DNA of 64,000 nucleotides from Lytechinus pictus (Eukaryota): NCBI RefSeq assembly GCF_037042905.1, contig NC_087252.1, positions 27,158,001 to 27,222,000 of the forward strand, read 5' to 3'. Shown piece by piece: positions 13,138 to 25,431 of this stretch (position 1 is its first letter; each line of letters starts with the position of its first letter). The notes under the pieces were generated by a model. It saw only the letters and a program-made list of their open reading frames with translations, ran no database searches and was not told where the DNA came from. The position numbers and the translations under genes were made by a program.

Positions 13138-14248
13138 GTAATTTTTGATTTAAATAATCCCAAGACTTTGATTTCTGAAGCATGTGCATGTAGTACATGA
13201 ATAGAAATCATAGCATTATGAGCCAAAATTTAATATAATACATGTAAAAGTAGAAAAATTATATTTGTAAGAAAAAACGTAGAAATCATCCCATCTCATT
13301 TTCAACTTTTATTACGTGTACAACCTCTTTGACTCCAAAGTTGGGTTTGGAAGTTACTCCCATGCTATTTTCTCTGTGTTATCTGATATTGATTGTTGTA
13401 TTTTGTAAACAAGTACAGATAATTAGGTAATTTCCAGTAAGAAAAAACAAAATTGGATTTTGCACCTACTCAAGTGCTTTTTAGTATATTGAACATAATC
13501 TGTAGAATATTGGACATTTCTGACCATTCTGATCTTTGAGGAAAGACAAGAGAGTACCAAAAAGTATGATGTCATTATTCTTTTTTTTTTTTTTTTTTTT
13601 TGGGGGGGAAATTTATCATGGACCATATCATTTCAGTAGAGCATGATGAAAAACTTGTACACACCAAATTTGACATGAATTTGTTAATGGTGGCCCAAGG
13701 TATGGTAATTTGAAAAAAATTATTCATTTGAGGCTCAAATCAACTGTAAGAATATTAATACAACAATTTTGGATGATTGAAAGCCTTTATTTTGGAGTAA
13801 AGGTCAAATTAGTTTCAAGTCATAGCCAATCAAACAATATGACGTCATTTATGACTACATATTAAATTTGATTTTATTCTGATAAGGATGATGGCATAGT
13901 CATAGATTTGAACCTAGGTATTCGTACCATGATTTAGAACATTATACAGTAAGATATTCTATGTCTCAATATATTAACATCAAACTCTACTACGTTTTAT
14001 AACAATTGGGTCGCAGACCAATCGTATGGGGTGCAGTGGCCTTTAGGCACTCAATCAACAACAATGAAAAGTTTGATGGATATCACTTACCAGGAGAAAG
14101 GATCACTAGTCGTTAGTAAAGTCACTCGTAACTTACAAACAGCTTTATGAAACCACAATCTGGTTCGTAACTTTTTTTAACCGGACCAATTTACAATAAT
14201 TTTCATGGAGCTAAATATGTACTATATAAAAAATGGCCATATATTTAG

Positions 14249-14462
14249 GGTGACAGGACACATGCTCCTGCGACATTTGCTCTGGTCTTAATATCTCAGA
14301 TGGCATAGGATTAGAGTTAAGATTGTAAAAGAGTTTTTGGTTCAGAATAATGTAAAGATTAGGATTAGGGTTTATTTACTTATGGAGGTTAGGTTTTATG
14401 TTTCGCTTAATGAGCAGATTTTCAGTCGGAGCAATTGTCGCCAGAGCAAATGTCATGGAACC
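14249..14462. mobile_element. MITE with TIRs and degenerate TTAGGG-like interior
   Basis: GACACATGCTCCTGCGACATTTGCTC ... GAGCAATTGTCGCCAGAGCAAATGTC inverted arms; interior GATTAGGATTAGGGTT. Confidence 0.65.
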
Positions 14463-14480
14463 CATGGTAGCCCCCATGAA

Positions 14481-14758
14481 CAGGGCCCCATCTTACAAAG
14501 AGTTACGATTGATCCAATCAATCATAACTCTATGGAAATCCATCAGTGTCATAATTTTTTCTACAGGAAATTTGCAAAATGTCCTTTGTTAACAAAGAAG
14601 AACACGCCAAACTGTCAAGAAATCAATGAATTTATGGATATACATTCATATCTTTAAAAAAAATGTCAACAAACATGCATTTTATATGTTGACTTTACTG
14701 GCTTTCCATTGTTGTGATTGATCAGATCAATCGCAACTCTTTGTAACACGGGGCCCTG
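14481..14758. mobile_element. MITE
   Basis: TIRs CAGGGCCCCATCTTACAAAGAGTTACGATTGATC / GATCAATCGCAACTCTTTGTAACACGGGGCCCTG. Confidence 0.85.
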
Positions 14759-15854
14759 GTTTTTCCACCCAATGTGTGTTGATTTTTTTAGCATGCTCGG
14801 CTGAGATGTATAAAAATGATAAATAAAGTTTTATGTGACATCGTCACTTCAGTACTCACAATGAAGTTTTACCATTCTCAACTCTGATGATATGATTTCA
14901 TTTTTGTTTATACTTTCACAAGACACTCCTATGACAAAAGCTTTATCCTTTCCATTTTTCTTTTTTTATTACTTTGCAAAGTCATTCCTTTTTCAGATGG
15001 AAAGGCTTGAGTGTTGGTTTTTCTTGGGCCCTGTGAAACCCAGAGGCCTGCTTTCTTGAAACTGCCCAGAGTATTACTTCTCAGACAAGCCAGATACACA
15101 TTTGTGTTGAGATATAGCAATTTTAGACTTCTGACAGTTTGTGAAAAAGGGTCTCAGGTGTTGATTGGGAGTTTATACCCTAATTTTTTCTCAATTATTT
15201 ATTCCAATCTATGTTGGTAGGGATTTTGATGAATTAATATATATTGTGTACGTTTTGTAGATCAAACAAGTGTCTTATCTTTAGTTTACGTGTTAATTGG
15301 GAACTAATTGGTGCTTATTTTAGCGTATGAAATATCAACCGGTGCTTTAGAACTAACCAGTGCTTACATGCAATTGCAACAAAATAGATTAATAGTCTAC
15401 AATGATTTATGTGAAATTTATGTCATTTAATAGAGAGAGAGGAAATGAAAAGATTTATTTTTAAGCTTGTATGATGTATTTATGAAATTTTATCTTATCG
15501 TTTATTATTTTTCATATTAGTTTAGTATATAAAATAACCTTGATTGAAAATGATTCCAATATTTTGTATAAAAAAAAGATAATTTTTTTCTACATGTATA
15601 TTGATTTACTATTGTAGTAAAGTACCATGGGCGCTATTGTGGTAATAAGAGAGTGAGTACTGAACAATTTCAATTTCTCTTGTTTTTTCTATCTTATTTT
15701 GTGTATGTGAGCAGTGGTTTTAGAGTCAATAATTTGGAGGGAGTGGATCAGGGCTTACAGGTGCCTTTTTTTCTAAATAGCCACAAGCGAGAACAAAAAT
15801 GAAAATCTAATTTTGTCACTGATTTTCATAAAATCCCAGAAAAATGAGACAAAA

Positions 15855-16050
15855 GGAGAAAGAAAAAAAAGAAGAAGAAGAAGAAGAAGGAGGAGGAGAA
15901 GAAGAAGAAGAAGAAAAAGACGAAGAGGAAGGAGGAGGAGGACGAGAAGGACGAGGAGAAGGAGAGTACCAAGGAGGAGAAAGAAGAAAAGGGAGAAAGA
16001 CGAGGAGGAGGGAGGAGGAGACGACGAAGGAGGAGAAGAAGAAGAGGGGA
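15855..16050. repeat. purine-rich (GAA/GGA) microsatellite
   Basis: direct reading. Confidence 0.95.
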
Positions 16051-16319
16051 TGGAGTGCAAGAGTGACGAAAGATGAGAGGGCAGGTTGATATCTGAAAGT
16101 GAGCGACGGGGGGGGGGGGGGGGGGGTGTTTCATTTACATTGAACAAAGATTCGCGAATCCTACAACAATATTTTGAGGGCATCACTCGGAACAATCTTT
16201 ACTTGTTTGCTGCCATCTCTCGTCAAATATATCTTGGAACCCTTTATTTAAAATAATCAGCGGCGTCAACATCCCAGTTCGTTAAAGATCACTTGAACAC
16301 TCTTCGTTTGCAGCGCCAT

Positions 16320-16880
16320 CAGGCCACCACCATCATCACATAGTCATTAGTACCACAACCACCACCATCATCATCAACTTAATTCATCATCACCAGTGTC
16401 ATCATAATCATGGTCATCATCATTGTCATCATCATCATCCGCAACATCATCATCATAGTCATTAGCACCACCATCATCATAATAATCATTACCACCACCA
16501 CCACCACTATCATCACCACCACCATCATCATCATTACCATCATAATCACTATGATAATCAATATCACCATCATCCCCACTATCATCATCATCGTCATCAC
16601 CACTGCCATCATAATCATCATAATCATTATCACCATCATCATCTTCATCATCATCGTCATCATCATCTTCATCAACATTACTATCACCACCATCATCATC
16701 ATCATCAACTTAATTCATCACCATAATCGTCATCATCATAATCATGATCATGATCATCACCACCACCATCATCGCCATGACCACCACCACCACCACCACC
16801 ATCATCATCGTCATTATCATCATCATCTTCTTCTTCATCATCATCATCATTCTCATCATCATCATCACCACCACCACCCT
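16320..16880. repeat. degenerate (CAT/CAC) microsatellite
   Basis: direct reading. Confidence 0.95.
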
Positions 16881-17843
16881 TTAACGAAATTAAAGGGTTG
16901 CAGGGCAGGGGGTTTCCCCTTTTAAATTTTCAAAGAGTTAAAAACGAGGTGGAAACAGAAAAGAAAACTGGAAAAAAAAAAACATACAGAAGATTACAAA
17001 AAGAGCGGTCTAGGATGGCTATGTTTCTCTCTATCGCCTGTTAAGCAACGTGTTCAGTTTAAAAAGAAAATGACTCCACGATGCAGTTTATTTTGTCTTC
17101 CACCTCATCAACATAGCCTAACTACCGCCGATCTTATCGTCATCATCATGACAAAATGCCACTTTCAATTTTGAACTTTGAGAAACTGAGGGTTTAATAG
17201 GGAAACTTTGTTACAAGGGGTCACACATTCAGTTTGATATTCAGCCAATTTGAAAAGAACAATCTTTCTTGACGAAAATAATAAAACAGCAAGCGAATAT
17301 ATCGATTAACCAGTAACAGACAATACAAAAATAAAAGCGACAAATAAAAAAGACTCTTTAAAACATGCTTAGTCTACGCATTTTTTCTTCATTTTCACAG
17401 GAGGTGGGGTTGGACGTGGGTTATGGGTAAACACTGAGGAAAACAATGATGAAATTACTTTTGAATTTACATGAACGTGAAACTCATATCAAAAACTAAT
17501 ATCGATATATCATATTTTTGACGTTCATTTTTGAGTGAAATATAATAAAAGGATACCTTAGTTTGTCTTATGAATAGAAATGAAAAATATGGAATGACGT
17601 GTCTCGCATTTTTCTTTTCAAAATGTCTCAAGAGAGTCGCCAAAGTAAATGGTACTTGACTTATAACATGCTTTTCGATAATTAAGAACAAGCTCTGGGC
17701 GGGGCAAATCTATCTCCATTTCGAAAAAGGGTTGTCATCACATCACGGCAAGAGGGCAACAGGATTGAGTTTGGTGACGTCATGAGGCTACTGGGCATGT
17801 GCAGATTTTCGCTGGTTACCACCCAGCCGAGTCTTGGCAGAAA

Positions 17844-17848
17844 TTACA
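17844..17848 (-). CDS. secreted peptide precursor A, predicted terminal exon coding part (last codon + TAA), followed by 3' UTR toward ~17070
   Basis: strong acceptor TTCTCTTTCTCTCTCCATTCTCCAG|TGTAA; phase-1 entry gives one residue then TAA; minus-strand AATAAA near 17090. Confidence 0.5.
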
Positions 17849-18005
17849 CTGGAGAATGGAGAGAGAAAGAGAACAGCATTGATGGAATTGACTGCCGAAA
17901 GTGTTCAAACAGAAACTTTGCAAAGCCGTTGTGAAAAGGGCGTAGTCTTATTCTAGGATGTGCGTTTTAAATCTTATATTTTAAAAATGCTTGTTTACCT
18001 ATTCA

Positions 18006-18242
18006 CACTCCAAATTCCAAGGATTTAAAATAAATCCAGATCGGCTGTGATTCCTGTGAATAGTAACCATCCGAGTTTTTGATTACTTTGAATCTTAAGG
18101 ATTAAATTTTAAATCTCAAAAGATTTAAACTCAAATCTTTTAGATTTATGTTTAAACCAAGGTTTAAATCGAAATCTAATATTCGGCTGGTCACTATTCA
18201 CAGCCGATCTGGATTTATTTCAAATCCTTGGAATTTAGAGTG
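18006..18242. mobile_element. palindromic MITE (CACTC...GAGTG ends)
   Basis: ~45-bp near-perfect TIRs CACTCCAAATTCCAAGGATTTAAAATAAATCCAGATCGGCTGTGA. Confidence 0.85.
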
Positions 18243-18423
18243 TATAGATATTCTAAGTATTCTGGAGTAGACTCAATTTATAGGAGTGAAATAGTTTAAC
18301 TATTTCAACTTTGCCATTATTGAAAGTACCATAGCAACATGGCTCAGCAGCCAATCACAATAAACATAATAAAGGTTTAAACTGATGTATACTTTGGTTC
18401 ATTCATGAAAAAAAAAAACGATT

Positions 18424-18616
18424 ATAAAGCTGATCATCTGGACTTAAAGTTTGAAACGGAGAGTAGAGTTTCACCGGAGTCCGACCCGGGACGTGCGTCG
18501 CCGTCAAGTGGCAAAAGCGATTTCCCGCCAGTTCAGACGAGCTAAAGAAGCGTCCCGGATCGGACGTGAAACTGTACTTTCCGTTTCAAAATGTAAGTCC
18601 AGATGATCAGATTTAT
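18424..18616. mobile_element. fold-back element / MITE core
   Basis: CTGATCATCTGGACTTA..TTTGAAACGGA..GTTTCAC versus its reverse complement at 18565-18612. Confidence 0.7.
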
Positions 18617-18698
18617 CACCAATCGTTATGAAAAGGTATCCATGGAACTTGGAGTAAAGATAAAGTTATAATTATAGTTGTCTTTGTGGAATGAACGC

Positions 18699-18885
18699 CA
18701 GGGGGGTGTTTCATAAAGCTGTTCATAAGTTAAGAGCGACTTTAAGAACGACTGGTGATCCTTTAATACCCGCTAAACTTTCGCCAATGAACGTTTTGGT
18801 GTATACCACTTACCACAATAAAGGATCACCAGTCGTTCTTAAAGTCATTCTTAACTTACGAACAGGTTAATGAAACGGCCCCCTG
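18699..18885. mobile_element. MITE (family also at ~10495 and ~14095)
   Basis: CAGGGGGGTGTTTCAT...ATGAAACGGCCCCCTG ends with long inverted arms. Confidence 0.85.
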
Positions 18886-18940
18886 GTCTGAAAACTGATG
18901 TATTGTATAATTTTATAGGACGTGTGAAATAAATTTATAC

Positions 18941-19030
18941 CCATTCGACAGAATTTTCTGTAGCCGGCCACCCTCCTGCTTTTGGTCTTGTCGCATTTAC
19001 AGACAGCCTTGGAGATGGGTTGACGACAAA
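18941..19030 (-). CDS. secreted peptide precursor A, predicted 90-nt phase 1-1 exon encoding (L)CRQPISKAVCKCDKTKSRRVAGYRKFCRM
   Basis: acceptor TTTGTTTTATTTTCGTCCACAG|, weaker donor G|GTATAA, symmetric length, open in the phase set by the upstream donor, GC-rich island between two MITEs. Confidence 0.55.
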
Positions 19031-19057
19031 CTGTGGACGAAAATAAAACAAATAATA

Positions 19058-19249
19058 CACTGTAAAAGTTCTTAAGCACGTTGTTTAAGCCCGTCACTCT
19101 AAAAACTATTGTTTAAACTTCTTAAACAACTGTTTAAACTTTTAAAACAAGTTTAAAAACTTTAAACAATATTACAAAAAAGTTTAAACAACTTGTTGTT
19201 AGAGGGACAGGCTTAAACGATGCGCTATTTTATTTTTTTTTAAACTGTG
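19058..19249. mobile_element. palindromic MITE with TTTAAAC repeats
   Basis: TA|CACTGTAAAA start; TTTAAGCCCGTCACTCTAA / TTAGAGGGACAGGCTTAAA inverted pair. Confidence 0.7.
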
Positions 19250-20519
19250 TACGGGTTACCACAACTAGAAGCAGTGGCCGTGCTAGAGGGGGTCAGAGGT
19301 GGTCGCCCCTAACGACTTTTCATATAGTAAAAAAGAAGAGGACAAAAAAAGTTGAGACAAGGAAGGAAAAAAGGAAAAAGGAGTGTGAAAAGAGAACGAA
19401 AGTAATGGAATGTATAATAATCCTGTTATTTGATTGAGAACACAAATTATGTTACCTTCAATAGCTCATCATGCCCGTATCATGCCCTTTGAACATTTAA
19501 AGTCAGGTCCAAACTTCATATCATGCGATCAAGAATATCCCCAGAAGAAAGACTAATAAAATTATAAAAAATACTAAAAACGACAATGTATATATTATAA
19601 TTATAAGACGTAAGCCTAATAATGATTCCTATCGTTTGATCCTTTAGAATTTCATAGGATGTATACCAATGAGCTCTCATAACATTGATTTATCTGTACA
19701 AAGATCTATTTACGATATTAATGAACCCCTCACCACTTCGTTATTCACGATATTAGAGTCTAAAATACTCAAATTTAGTTCGCATAGGCTTATGCGTACC
19801 AGACGTGCCCCCAAACAAGTTTACGAGTTTCCCCCAACATTGAAAAAAAAAATGGTTTTATCTTGAAAAAATATTGGGTTCCTATTAAAAAAGAATTCAT
19901 CTCATCTCATCTTTGTCACTGTTGCATCATAGGTCACGCTTCAGAGAAACCGACCCCAAACCAAAACGATCATATGCCATTCGATATATCGTAACAGATT
20001 TGGTCGGTCTGGAGAAGGTATCGTTGGTGTGACTAGAGCACGAAGGAGTTTATCTTCTGAAGTACCCTACAAGTAAATATTCTATATTGAAAAGGAGGGA
20101 AGTTAAGGAAACAATCAGCGTGACCTATGATTCAACAGCGACAAAGATGAGATGAATCCTTGAACTATAATGAACTCTTTTTAAAGTACCCCATGGCAGA
20201 ACAGTGGTATTTTGTTAATACCGTTGAAATGGGCCGGCTATCCTCCATATTTTATATGATGTGTACGACTTGTCACATTTGAACATATATGTATATTTTA
20301 TCATTTTTATTGGGAAATAAATGCAAACGATACAAACAAACAAAATAAATTCATGGATGCACTCTTAAAACATGGTTAGTCAACATCTCAAAAGTTGGTG
20401 AATATATTTTGACCGACAAATGATATGGTCTAAATCAACCATCTATTGGTTATTGACAAGTGTTGTCTTTCTGACATTTCACAAACAGATTGGCTACTCT
20501 GACCAATACTTTAAGAGTT

Positions 20520-20742
20520 TGCTGCACTCGACCCAGGTGAGGCGAATGGGTTCCCGGTATAGGAAGAATTTCCTCGAATGCTCGAGCGCCTGATCAACAC
20601 GACCAAGATAGCTGTGCTAAAGCAGGGGGTATATAGCATTATCATGATTGTTAAGCAGGGCCTGAAGGAAGAAGAGTTTTCGGAACTGAAGTGGCTACCC
20701 TGGGTAAAATATGACGTTATAATTATTTTGTTTATTATTATT
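20520..20742 (+). mobile_element. 5'-truncated SINE
   Basis: CTGCACTCGACCCAGGTGAGG..AATGGGT core shared with the 51200 and 54275 copies; TTTTCGGAACTGAAGTGGCTACC 3' part shared with ~27160 and ~49450; (TTA)n tail. Confidence 0.75.
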
Positions 20743-20991
20743 AGACCTATCCCTTTAAGACTAGGTTAGGCACAGTCACATAATTTATACTCAAGTGATC
20801 TATGCTATCTATTAAATGTAATAAGTATATGGTATCTATTCAATATCGGACGTAATTTGTATTCAAGAAGAATTACATGGTATCTATTCAGTATAAGGAT
20901 TCAATGCTATATATCTATTCAAAGACATAATTTGTATTTAAGAAAAGTTCAATGGTATCTAATCAACATGTTCAAAATTCATGTAACTCAC

Positions 20992-21193
20992 GGAAGAATC
21001 TTCCAGTTCCTGTTCCCCTTTTCTCCATCTCTTCATCCTGTTCAAACTCGGCCATGAGGGCAGCCATGGGGTCCCTCTTGTTCATGAATTCTTCCTCCTC
21101 TTCGAGGTCGAAATCGAAGTCATCGACGAACTCGGCGACAGTGAGCACAATGCAGGCGGCCAGGACGAAGGCGAGGATGAGTTTGGAAGCCAT
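20992..21193 (-). CDS. secreted peptide precursor A, first coding exon (signal peptide, acidic propeptide, two KR sites)
   Basis: MASKLILAFVLAACIVLTVA hydrophobic leader; D/E-rich spacer; NKR-D and EKR-G; acceptor TCGTCATAG| with exon start at 21200; CAAAATG start context; donor C|GTGAGT at 20991; strong C/G-ending codon bias. Confidence 0.88.
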
Positions 21194-21569
21194 TTTGTTT
21201 CTATGACGAATAATATATTATTAGCTTGGACGGTATTTTGTTTCCATGACAAAGAACATGACATTAGTTTTGAAACCATTTTTGTTGTCATAACAAAGAA
21301 TATATTGTTAGTTGGAACGCCACTTAGTTTCTATGGCAAAAAAACACAACAAATATCATTAGTTTGAACGCCACTTTGTCATTATGAAAAATAATATTTA
21401 TGTCATTATCTTGGACATTTTGGAAACCATACTTGTTGGCTATACGGTAAAGAATATATTATTAGTATGGAAGCAATTTTGTTTCTTTGAGAAAGAATAT
21501 ATACAACTCATGGTATTAAGTGTAGCTGAATTGGTTAAGCAATAGCCAAAATTACTGCCTTTTAATTTA

Positions 21570-21780
21570 GACAGACAGACAGATAGATAGATAGATAAAC
21601 AGATGAATATGATGAAAGACAGACAGACAGATAGATAGATAGAGAGATAGATGGATAGATAGGTAGGTGGATAAAGATAGATAGATGGATGGATGAAGGG
21701 AGAGATGGAGAGAGAGAGAGAAAGGTAGGAAAAGAGATAGGAAGACATTGAAGGGGAGGGGGGGGGGGGGGAGTGGGGAA
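21570..21780. repeat. (GATA/GACA/GGAT) tetranucleotide tract with GA- and G-runs
   Basis: direct reading. Confidence 0.9.
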
Positions 21781-21802
21781 AGGGAAATGAAATCTTACTT
21801 AC

Positions 21803-21963
21803 CTAAACGTGATTTGAACTGATACCGATAGATGCGAATGAAATCAATAATAATGTTTAGCGGATCCCTCGCAATATTTAATCATGCTTTCTTGTTTGGC
21901 AAATCAATGAATTTGGAAGTATAATAATATATGAAAATGAAACTGAGCGCGAAAATTGCATAT
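21803..21963 (-). other. predicted 5' UTR exon of precursor A (161 nt)
   Basis: acceptor CTATTTTCACTTTTATTCCTCCAG| and consensus donor TAG|GTAAGT. Confidence 0.6.
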
Positions 21964-22457
21964 CTGGAGGAATAAAAGTGAAAATAGAGGTTGCCTTCTT
22001 ACTATCTATAAATAATGACTGTTTCAGCGAAAGAGTACACTCAGTATGATACCAATAAAATTGTCAGGAAGCATGACAGATGATAATATTCATTCGAAAA
22101 TGAAGTCTTCGTTTAACCGTTAAATAAGAGTTAAAAAAGTGATTATGCACTATAATTATCCGTTTGGTATCAAATTTGACAGATAAGACATAATGAACAT
22201 GAAGATAAAGAATAATTAAAATAAAGATGAATGAGAAACGTTTGCGATATGTGAAATATGATAGCACAAAGCAGTGATTATTCCCGAAATTAAAATAGAA
22301 ATGACCACTAAAGGCGCCGCATATCATGCGTACAGAAAATACGTGTGTAATTGCCGTAACCGGGTCCGCAAAAAAAAAAGATAATAGGCGATTGTCGCAT
22401 TATTTTAACGTTAATGAAGTATGGAAGCAAATTAGTAAATTCGATTTTTTTTTTTAC

Positions 22458-22560
22458 CTTTTTCGTTGCTTGAGCACAGGACAAGGAGTGTTGGTGTGGA
22501 GTTAATTAGTCCTAGTTTGGTACTGGAAGGAATTGTGAAGTTGGGAGGAGATTATATTGG
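22458..22560 (-). promoter_or_regulatory. candidate core promoter and first exon of precursor A
   Basis: TATAAT at ~22557-22552, Inr-like CCAGT ~33 nt downstream, donor AAG|GTAAAA at 22457. Confidence 0.35.
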
Positions 22561-23034
22561 GTAGGCTGTGTTCTGGTTCAAAGGACTCGTCTTTCTCCAT
22601 GTTTAATAATATTGAGATGGATGAAAGGTTGGGGCCAACCTTAGAGATTAATGAGATCTTAGGGTTGTGCGAAATATAAGACAACACATGCTGGATTAAT
22701 CATTATGACGCATATTTTTGCACTGGTTTACCGCTGAGGGTTTGCGGTTTCTTGATGCCCCCAATTTTCAAGTGAATTTTTTTGTTGCAAATTATTATAT
22801 ATAAATTATATCTTCACATTATTATGTTCATAGAATATCCTTTATATGTGTACGATTCAACTTTTACATGCCAAATTTATTACAAAACCGATGACCAAGC
22901 TTAGAAATTGGCTTTCTTGTCCGGTTGCCTCGCCCGCTCACAATATGAGTTTACACAGTTTTAAAGTTACCCCAAGTATTAGCCTCGTTACGCCATAGTG
23001 TCTTAGGTATCTTATTCACTACCTGACAAACAAA

Positions 23035-23295
23035 ATAGAAGAAGAAGAAAACGAAAGAAGAAGAAGAGGAAAAGAAGAAGAAGGAGCAGGAGGAGGAAAA
23101 GAGGAAGAAGATTGGGAAGAAAAAAAAGAAGGAGGAGGAGGAAAATAAGAAAAGGGGGAAACAAGAAATAGAAGATGCTAGAAAAGGAGACAGCGGATAA
23201 AATAAGGAGGAAGAACAACGAAGAAGAAGAAGAAGAAGAAGGAGGAGGAGAAGAATGAGAAGAAGAAGAACAAAAATAATAATAAGAAGAAGACC
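23035..23295. repeat. (GAA/GGA) microsatellite
   Basis: direct reading. Confidence 0.93.
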
Positions 23296-25431
23296 TAAAC
23301 AATTTTCACCCACCAACAGCGGAATATGTTTGGGAGACTATACGCCAAGGTCATCATACCCGGCCTGTAGCCCACCGCAGACCCGCCCATGGTAGGGTGA
23401 CCACGCGGGTATAGAAGTATTAACACCACTCAATTAAGACGCATGAACGCATATAATTCTGTGGTAAAAGCGAGAAGATGAAAGACAGATCGCCGCAGAA
23501 TGGCGTCTAAAATAACAATTCCTATGATATGGGATGGTATTTAGTATTATGACTTTACAATTGGGCCAACCCACTCAACACCGTCACATCAGCAGAGCTC
23601 AAACCATTGCAGCAAATTTGCAAGCACACACGCACGCGCTAAAACGCACACGCACACATTTTAAGCACCCACATCTCATTCCCATTGTAAGAATTCACCC
23701 ATAGCACCTGTACAGTACACACACACACACCCACGCCAATGCACACATACTCCCTTGTAAGAGCCCACCTACAATCCATCACACATCCCAAACAAATTAA
23801 AGCTCACGCACACACACACACACACCATACGCACCCTCACACCAAAGCACACACCATATGCACCCTCACACCAAAGCACACACACCTTTGTAAGGGCTCA
23901 ACACAAACTATCACACATACAATCATACACAGGCCTACTTGCATACTCAATGCACCATATATAGATCGTTATCGGGATTGGTAAGAATGTTGATTAGCAC
24001 AAAACACACACACACACACACATATAATGATTTTTAGTTAGTAAATAAATGTCCAGTCAATAAAATTGGCAATAGCAACAAGCATTCTAAATCTAACCAA
24101 TAATTCGATTGACTTGATTATTTATAAAGGTCGTACATGTTGGAGCAACGCATTGGCAACTTTTTCAAAACTCTTTTAAGAATGTACTCTGTTATTAATT
24201 ACCACTCATAATTTAGATAATTATTCTAATAGACAGTGTCTCGTGATTTTAAAGTAACCCTGGATATATTTAATTGATATGGAAAATTTCTAAACTGCAA
24301 AAATGCCAAAACGTATTTTAACACATGATAGAATAGCACACAAAGGGTAATATCAATCGGTATAAAACCAAATTTAGAGAAAATTGTGACTTTTCAGTGA
24401 TGGAGGGAAGGAAATAATGTTAAGCGTTTAAATTCAGCTTATGGATTTAAAAAACGATAGTAAAGTCTTGACGCTTGCTGTGCGTAATTTAAAATAAATA
24501 GTTTGACACATACATGTACATGCATGAGGTATGTTTTTATGACACTTACTAGTAGCATGGACCTATTCGTAATAGGTCCATGCTAGTAGTTGATGTGCCT
24601 ATTCCGAATGAATGGGTTTGCGTAATGTATATAATGCTGTTACATAATTTTTCATGCTTTAATTGTATAATTTCGCGATTCTTAACTTCATTATTCTCAA
24701 ATATTCCATCCGAAATATAATAATAATGATTCCATTTGAATGCACACATAATCCATTCTAAGGAATGCTCAAGACGCCAATGTAACATATTAAACAGTAA
24801 AAAAAAGGAAATCATATTATGTACATGAACAAAAATAATGCAATTTGTTTAGGGAGTTTATAGGATATTGGGAACAATTAAGAGACATAAGATAGGTTAA
24901 TTTGGAATGACTGAAGAGAGGATTCTATTTAAATTGCTTGTGTGTGTGTGTGGGGGGGGGGGGGTGCAGCAGCAAAGAATTTCCCCCACCAATGTGGGCC
25001 TACTTTTCGTTCTGGATTCTTTTAATTTATTCGAGATATCAAGCAAATATTATTGATAAATTCAATCCCTTTTCAATGTTTGAAAACTAGTCTAACCAGA
25101 CAAAAAAGGGATATTATAGTGACTCGACATCGATTTAGTCCTAATAAAACATTAATAAACGGACGGTGAAAGCAGAATTAGAATCTGTGTGAGGATCATT
25201 GACGCATGGTGATTTCCACTGGTGCAGATAATGATTTTCACATTGTAACACAATACTCCTCTTCATCCAACCCCTTTTCCCGCCGACCAGGCATGTTCCG
25301 AAAATTTTCCAACTGAATCATCCTCTTTTCAATTAAGTATTTTATTCAGTATAAGATAATTATTCTTTTCTCCCTTATCTGATTTCACGCGTATTTTGAT
25401 ATTCGCTTTCTGCATGGTTATTGGTCACGCT

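Noticed and set aside
17816..18960. ShK-toxin-like ending YRKFCRM-x-CNFC made by joining the 90-nt exon to CNFCQDSAGW* at 17848
   Set aside because: CNFC is in phase 0 but the available donor at 18940 is phase 1, which gives V-stop. It would need an unseen micro-exon or a sequence error.
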